This document shows positions 59,286-64,000 of a DNA stretch of 64,000 bases, piece by piece. Under the pieces are notes generated by a model. It made no database searches. It saw nothing but the letters and a program-made list of their open reading frames with translations, and was not told the origin of the DNA. Positions within the stretch are counted from its first letter, which is position 1. Every line of letters starts with the position of its first letter. This DNA comes from a virus (lineage: Duplodnaviria > Caudoviricetes). The stretch lies in the IMG/VR virus record IMGVR_UViG_3300011337_000669; one strand, 5' to 3'. The position numbers and the translations under genes were made by a program.

Positions 59286-60002
59286 TTATTTTTTTAAAAA
59301 ATCGTCTAATTTTTTCATTAAGTCAACTGACTTTTCAACATACTCATTATTTTGTTTAGATATTCTCTCTTCCTCTAAATTTTCTTCATATTTACTTCGT
59401 TCATCAGGGTTTGTGAATAAATAAGCACCTGGAGTAGATGGTGATGATACCAAATCAAAACATATCAATTCAAAGTCATCTTGTACTTCATTTTTCTCTC
59501 CAACTTTTTTTAATGACCCAACTCCTCTGGAAGAGATACCTAAAGTTACACCTTGTCTCATTAAGTTAGCCGCTTGGTCTCCCTTAGTCGAAACTATACC
59601 TCTTTCGTGAAACCCTGGAGATGTCAATAATTTGAGTTTTCCCATGAGTATATTTTTATCCCACCATATATCTGTTATGATGTGAGATACTCTGTCTAAG
59701 TCTATTAATGATGACTCAGGGTGGTTTAATTCTGATGTTGACAAACCCTTAGAAATAGATTGTTTATATCTATCTGCTTCTCTTTTCAGAATCCTTTCAG
59801 GATATGTTCTACCATTTCTATTTGGAGTATCATATTTTTGAAGAACTGCATAAAATTCAAATGGATTTCTATAATCTAAATTTGATGCTTCTTTTATAAT
59901 GTCAATATTCTGAGCGTCTTTTGGAGAAACCCAACCCGCATCCATTTCAATCAATATCCCGTGGCCAAGCTCACTAGCTTCTAAAATTCTTAAATTTTTC
60001 AT
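59286..60002 (-). CDS. gp21: Prohead core protease (S77, T4 gp21-like)
   Basis: NRNGR.Y, ELNHP...IDLDRVSH, LGISSRGVGS, FDLVSSPSTPGA. Confidence 0.92.
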   Translation of the reverse strand: MKNLRILEASELGHGILIEMDAGWVSPKDAQNIDIIKEASNLDYRNPFEFYAVLQKYDTPNRNGRTYPERILKREADRYKQSISKGLSTSELNHPESSLIDLDRVSHIITDIWWDKNILMGKLKLLTSPGFHERGIVSTKGDQAANLMRQGVTLGISSRGVGSLKKVGEKNEVQDDFELICFDLVSSPSTPGAYLFTNPDERSKYEENLEEERISKQNNEYVEKSVDLMKKLDDFLKK

Positions 60003-60041
60003 CTAATCTTTTAAGATAAATATACGGATTTGAATAGTTTG

Positions 60042-60479
60042 TTAGATTTCGTCTTTTTTAGAAATTGAAAAATCAAAGTATTTGTTTTTAATCACGTTAT
60101 TTTTATAGATTGATTTAACAATTTTTTTTATGGATTCTTTAATTTCATCACTTTTGAAATCCATTTCTCGGAGGGTATATAGATTGATTTCCAAATTGAA
60201 AAATGATTTTTTCCCTTTTGATATCCCACTTGTTCGAAGGTCCAAATCAACAATATTTTTTTCTTGAAAAATTTTTGAATCGATTGATTCAAAAACTGAA
60301 TTTTTTATTTCTCTCCCTAAACTTAAGACAATTCGGTTCCAATTTTCTAATTCTTCTTTTGGTGTAACCCATGATTGGATGTTTATGTAAACTGATTTTA
60401 AGTTTTTAGAATCTACTGTCCCATACTGTGATTTTATGGGATTGAACAGGTTAAGTTTAACACTTTTTCCTTTTTTCAT
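60042..60479 (-). CDS. Hypothetical protein
   Basis: 145-aa ORF downstream of a perfect sigma70-type promoter. Confidence 0.7.
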   Translation of the reverse strand: MKKGKSVKLNLFNPIKSQYGTVDSKNLKSVYINIQSWVTPKEELENWNRIVLSLGREIKNSVFESIDSKIFQEKNIVDLDLRTSGISKGKKSFFNLEINLYTLREMDFKSDEIKESIKKIVKSIYKNNVIKNKYFDFSISKKDEI

Positions 60480-60511
60480 TAATAATGATATTATGTATGT
60501 TTATTAATGAA

Positions 60512-60540
60512 ATTATATACATAATATGTATGATTGTCAA
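60512..60540 (-). promoter_or_regulatory. Perfect sigma70-consensus promoter TTGACA-N17-TATAAT on the minus strand
   Basis: TTGACA 60540-60535, spacer ATCATACATATTATGTA, TATAAT 60517-60512; 32 nt before ATG 60479. Confidence 0.7.
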
Positions 60541-60548
60541 AATTTTTT

Positions 60549-60556
60549 TATATTTG
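60549..60556 (+). promoter_or_regulatory. Bacteroidota-type -7 element (TAnnTTTG) upstream of bS21
   Basis: TATATTTG 16 nt upstream of the bS21 ATG; spacing to the upstream TTG is shorter than canonical. Confidence 0.4.
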
Positions 60557-60572
60557 TAGATATTTCTAAGAT

Positions 60573-60764
60573 ATGATAATAATAAAAATAACACAGGGCA
60601 ATCCTCTTGAGAAGGCTCTCAAAACCCTAAAGTCTAAAGTAATTAAAACGAAACAAAATCAAATTTTATTTGAGAAACGGGAATACACAAAAAAATCTGT
60701 ACTTAAGAGAGCACAGATTCTGAAGGCAAAACATATTCAAAGTCTTAAAGACAAATCAAATTGA
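60573..60764 (+). CDS. rpsU: Phage-encoded 30S ribosomal protein bS21 (Bacteroidota-like)
   Basis: MIIIKI..G..LEKALK.LK.K..KT.....L..K..Y.K.SV.KR.QI.KA; 63 aa; lies antisense within the head module. Confidence 0.88.
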   Translation: MIIIKITQGNPLEKALKTLKSKVIKTKQNQILFEKREYTKKSVLKRAQILKAKHIQSLKDKSN

Positions 60765-61454
60765 TTCTTCCAAATTTTTTAATTTTAAGAAATTCAATTG
60801 GTCAAACTTTTCAGACTTAACTTTATCAATTGTTTCAGAAATTTTTGTTTTAATATCCAGTGAATCTTCACTATTTTGGAGTGCGGTTAATTTAGATATT
60901 GCACTTTCTTTTATTGTCTCAAATTTCGTCTCTAAAATTTTGACATCTTCAGAAACTATTTGGAAAAATTCTTTTTTAGAATTTTCATCCAAATTAAGTA
61001 TGTAATTGTTAACTGTTTGGTTTGCAATGGAAACCATAGAACTAATTGGAATATTAATACTTTCTTTAATAGACTCTTTGGTTGATGTGATTACCTTTAG
61101 AATATTTTTCTTCGCATTTAATCTTTCGATTAAATTAACACCTTGGCTATAAACTAACGTATCAATTTCAGAATATTTGTTTTCTGTTTTTTCGGAAAGT
61201 GTAGTTGGAAGTTTGATACTTGGTAAAATTTTGTTTAATAGAGAAATCCCTTCTTCAATAAATTCTTTTGCGTCCTGTTCACCTAATTCTTGGGGTGAAC
61301 TCAGTTGATCATAAATAGCATATGCTTTAGACATAGCTTTATTATTCAAAACGTTGTGTTTGAATTCTCGTAAAGTCTTCTTGAATTCCATTTCATTTTT
61401 GTAGGATTCCAAGAGATTTTTTTCAATTAGGGATTTTACTGTTCCGAAGGTCAT
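60756..61454 (-). CDS. Hypothetical head-module protein
   Basis: 232-aa ORF after the portal gene, preceded by ATATTTATT. Confidence 0.7.
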   Translation of the reverse strand: MTFGTVKSLIEKNLLESYKNEMEFKKTLREFKHNVLNNKAMSKAYAIYDQLSSPQELGEQDAKEFIEEGISLLNKILPSIKLPTTLSEKTENKYSEIDTLVYSQGVNLIERLNAKKNILKVITSTKESIKESINIPISSMVSIANQTVNNYILNLDENSKKEFFQIVSEDVKILETKFETIKESAISKLTALQNSEDSLDIKTKISETIDKVKSEKFDQLNFLKLKNLEESI

Positions 61455-61475
61455 TGTGTCTTTTTCAAATAAATA

Positions 61476-63317
61476 TTATGAATTTAATAACTTATCTAAT
61501 TCTTTTGAAATTTCTCCCAAAGAATCTTGAGCCTGCCCCAAATTTATTACTCGTGATCCTTCAATTAAATTATTTTCCACTAGAATATTTAGATCTTTTT
61601 TCTTAGATTCTGGTGTTATTTCGGATGGAGGGGCTTCAACTGCTGGTGGTAACTCAGGTTCTCCTCCAGGTATCTCAGCACCTCCTCCGAATGATGGTGG
61701 TGACCCTAATTCCTCTCCTCCATCCATTGTTGTCGAGGCACCTGCTGTTGGTGTTGACCCTGTTTGACTACCATATAATTTGTCAATATTATCAAACAAT
61801 CCAGTTTTTGTTATAACTGTTGGAGTAGCCTTTAGCTCTTCACCAACGGCTCTTTCAATTCTTTGTTGTTGTAAGTCTAAACGAACTTCATCATCTGACC
61901 ATCCAAAAATATGTTTCTTAGCCCATGTAGATGAAGTTGCCTGAATTCCATTTCCTGGATCAGAAACCAAATCCTTATATAATAATACTTTTTCTTTCCA
62001 AACATCGATCTTTAATAAATCTGCTTGAGTGGATGGATTTGTTAATCCAATTGTAAAATTTGAAAGTTCATCTTCAAATCCTAATAAGAATAAATGTACG
62101 ATTGCAATCTTGTTAAGTTCAGCAATCATACTCTTTTGAATTCTATTGATTGTACGTGCAAATCGAATATCTTGTAATGCCAAATTTTTACCATCACCAA
62201 CAACTTCTTCAAATCCTAAAAAGGCTTTTGGTACTCGAAGAGCTGTTAGTAACTTCTTTTGGATATATTCAATGTCTGCAATTTCAGATAGGTTAGTTGC
62301 ACCTGGCAACGTATCAATAGGTGTCGGTGCCGCTGGATCACGTACAGGTATAAAATAATCTTGGTCAACCGCCATTTGATTAAATCTCATGTCTACGTTA
62401 CCTGTTTTACTGTCAACAACTTGTTCCCTCTTGAATTTGTTGGCAACACGTTGTACATACGCTTCTACATCATCGTCATTCATATTACCAACGAACACTT
62501 TGAATATTCTTCTTTCAGGTGCTCGGGATGTACGGTAAATCAACATAGCGTCTTCACAAAGTAATAATTGTTTCCAAATACGTCTTGCCTTTTCTAACAT
62601 AGATGTTCCATAAGGAAGTTTTCTGTCATCACCCAATAATCTGAAGTGAGCCATCTCCCAAGATTGAAACTCCATATTTTTATTTTTCCATGTAAAGTGT
62701 AATGCCTTTCTATCTTTATCTACTTCATTTGTTACATCGACAGATATTTTACCACTCGCTCCAACCTCATGTCTTTCTATTTCTATAGTTGGTAGTTGTT
62801 GACACCCCACAATACCTTTCTCAGGGTCTAACTTCAAATAGACAAAGTTGTCACCATACTTACATGTGTTACGTGTCCACATTGGTAAGTTTGTATTGAT
62901 GTCTAATGCGTTGTTAAATAAATCAGCAAGAACACCCTTTATTCTTTTTGATTCTGAATAAATTTGTAGTATGAACCCGTCTTCATTTGTTGTAGTTGAC
63001 TCTTCAGCATAAATGTCTAATGCTGCGGAAATCTCAGGAGTATATTCCATCGATTCGTAGTCATACTGAGCAGATAATCTTGTAGGTTCATAATATATGG
63101 CTTGAGAATAAAGATTATTCTCCACTTTAGCCCATTGATTGGTAAGATAATATGTTTGTTGTGCTTGAAGTTTTTCTTTCTCATATTCCTCTCTACTTTT
63201 TGTGCGTAGCAGTTCCTTTTTATCAAACTTGAAAGTCGGATAGTCTTGATTTAATAATGAGTTAGGTCCAAATGTTTGTGACAGTCTTTGCCAAACCGTC
63301 ATATTTTGTTCTTCCAT
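61476..63317 (-). CDS. gp20: T4-like portal protein
   Basis: YESME..PEISAALDI, YGDNF, EDAMLIYRTSRAPERRIFKVFVGN, DYFIP, IDTLPG..NL.EIADIEY. Confidence 0.93.
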   Translation of the reverse strand: MEEQNMTVWQRLSQTFGPNSLLNQDYPTFKFDKKELLRTKSREEYEKEKLQAQQTYYLTNQWAKVENNLYSQAIYYEPTRLSAQYDYESMEYTPEISAALDIYAEESTTTNEDGFILQIYSESKRIKGVLADLFNNALDINTNLPMWTRNTCKYGDNFVYLKLDPEKGIVGCQQLPTIEIERHEVGASGKISVDVTNEVDKDRKALHFTWKNKNMEFQSWEMAHFRLLGDDRKLPYGTSMLEKARRIWKQLLLCEDAMLIYRTSRAPERRIFKVFVGNMNDDDVEAYVQRVANKFKREQVVDSKTGNVDMRFNQMAVDQDYFIPVRDPAAPTPIDTLPGATNLSEIADIEYIQKKLLTALRVPKAFLGFEEVVGDGKNLALQDIRFARTINRIQKSMIAELNKIAIVHLFLLGFEDELSNFTIGLTNPSTQADLLKIDVWKEKVLLYKDLVSDPGNGIQATSSTWAKKHIFGWSDDEVRLDLQQQRIERAVGEELKATPTVITKTGLFDNIDKLYGSQTGSTPTAGASTTMDGGEELGSPPSFGGGAEIPGGEPELPPAVEAPPSEITPESKKKDLNILVENNLIEGSRVINLGQAQDSLGEISKELDKLLNS

Positions 63318-63354
63318 AATTTAAGTTTACTCTTTACCTCAGTAATATAAATAG

Positions 63355-64000
63355 TTATTTAGCGCCAAATAACCATCCATATTTTTGGTAATCTGCTTTA
63401 GACGCCCCATTATTATTTAAGTTGGAATCTCTACCCATCTGAGGTATCAAGGGGTTAAAAAAATCTGAAGTGTTTTTACTTTCATTAATCACAGAGGACC
63501 AGGAATTTAACATAGCCTTTGTGTGATTAACAACTTTTGTTAGTGATTGGAATGACTTTTCAGCGACATAAATCGCCATTGATAGTCCCATAATACAATC
63601 ATCATGTTGACCTTTTTGGTGGTCAGGTCTTCCATGAATGAACACAAAAGTATTCATCTCATTGTATGTTCTATGGGAATATATTTTGAATCCATGTCGA
63701 ACACCTTCTTCAAAAGCTGCAATAATTTGGACCCTTTTTGTATTAAAGTTAATTCCAGGGATTTTTTCATTTATTTTGGGGTCCCACTTCCATTTATTTG
63801 AAGTGTCAACACCATCAACATATAATCCAGGTTGATATTGTAATTCTTGCATTTTTCTTGCTGTCGAAACTCCCATACCACCAGTAATATCAATTACACA
63901 AAATGCATTGTACATTGTTCCCCATTTATAGGCAATCTCGGCTAATACATCTGGAGGAATCTTTCCAACATATTCTAATACTTGTTCCCGTTCATCAAAA
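63355..64000 (-). CDS. gp17: Terminase large subunit, C-terminal nuclease part (partial; continues beyond the window)
   Basis: Frame is open to the window end (FDEREQVLEYVGKIPPDVLAEIAYKWG-MYNAFCVID), ending in GQHDDCIMGLSMA; directly upstream of the portal gene. Confidence 0.85.
   Translation of the reverse strand, partial: FDEREQVLEYVGKIPPDVLAEIAYKWGTMYNAFCVIDITGGMGVSTARKMQELQYQPGLYVDGVDTSNKWKWDPKINEKIPGINFNTKRVQIIAAFEEGVRHGFKIYSHRTYNEMNTFVFIHGRPDHQKGQHDDCIMGLSMAIYVAEKSFQSLTKVVNHTKAMLNSWSSVINESKNTSDFFNPLIPQMGRDSNLNNNGASKADYQKYGWLFGAK

Noticed and set aside
55585-64000. Introns or inteins in MCP, portal or terminase; tRNA genes anywhere in the window
   Set aside because: The frames are continuous with no intein motifs, and no cloverleaf-like intergenic sequence was seen by eye (tRNAscan not run)

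Overview
64 kb from a large, AT-rich, T4-like (myovirus-type) bacteriophage genome read in the standard genetic code. The right end is the head module: terminase C-terminus (runs off the window), portal, a divergently oriented ribosomal protein bS21 gene, prohead protease, scaffold, major capsid protein and a downstream HNH endonuclease. This arrangement matches the described freshwater bS21-encoding large phages with probable Bacteroidota hosts. About 28 kb is glycan biosynthesis in two operons (95-9787 leftward; 26776-45424 rightward): about 20 glycosyltransferase-like genes (GT2, GT4, GT10, GT11, GT47-like, GT60, HtrL-like, STELLO-like), five methyltransferase domains, a UDP-glucose dehydrogenase and a GDP-mannose 3,5-epimerase-like enzyme. 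Between them lies a 12 kb cluster of modular Thr/Pro-rich, mucin-like, probably virion-associated proteins with kelch or LamG tips. Main hypothesis: a phage-encoded mucin-type O-glycosylation system, with a GT60 initiating GlcNAc transferase directly beside its putative Thr-rich substrates. Features the ORF track does not show: relics of displaced C-terminal domains behind both kelch genes; an endonuclease relic holding a perfect TTGACA-17-TATAAT promoter ahead of the glycan operon that ends in a gp55-like late sigma factor; a second perfect sigma70-type promoter back-to-back with the bS21 promoter; and a recurrent TATTTAT candidate late promoter. All family assignments are from motif recognition by eye; no database search was run.
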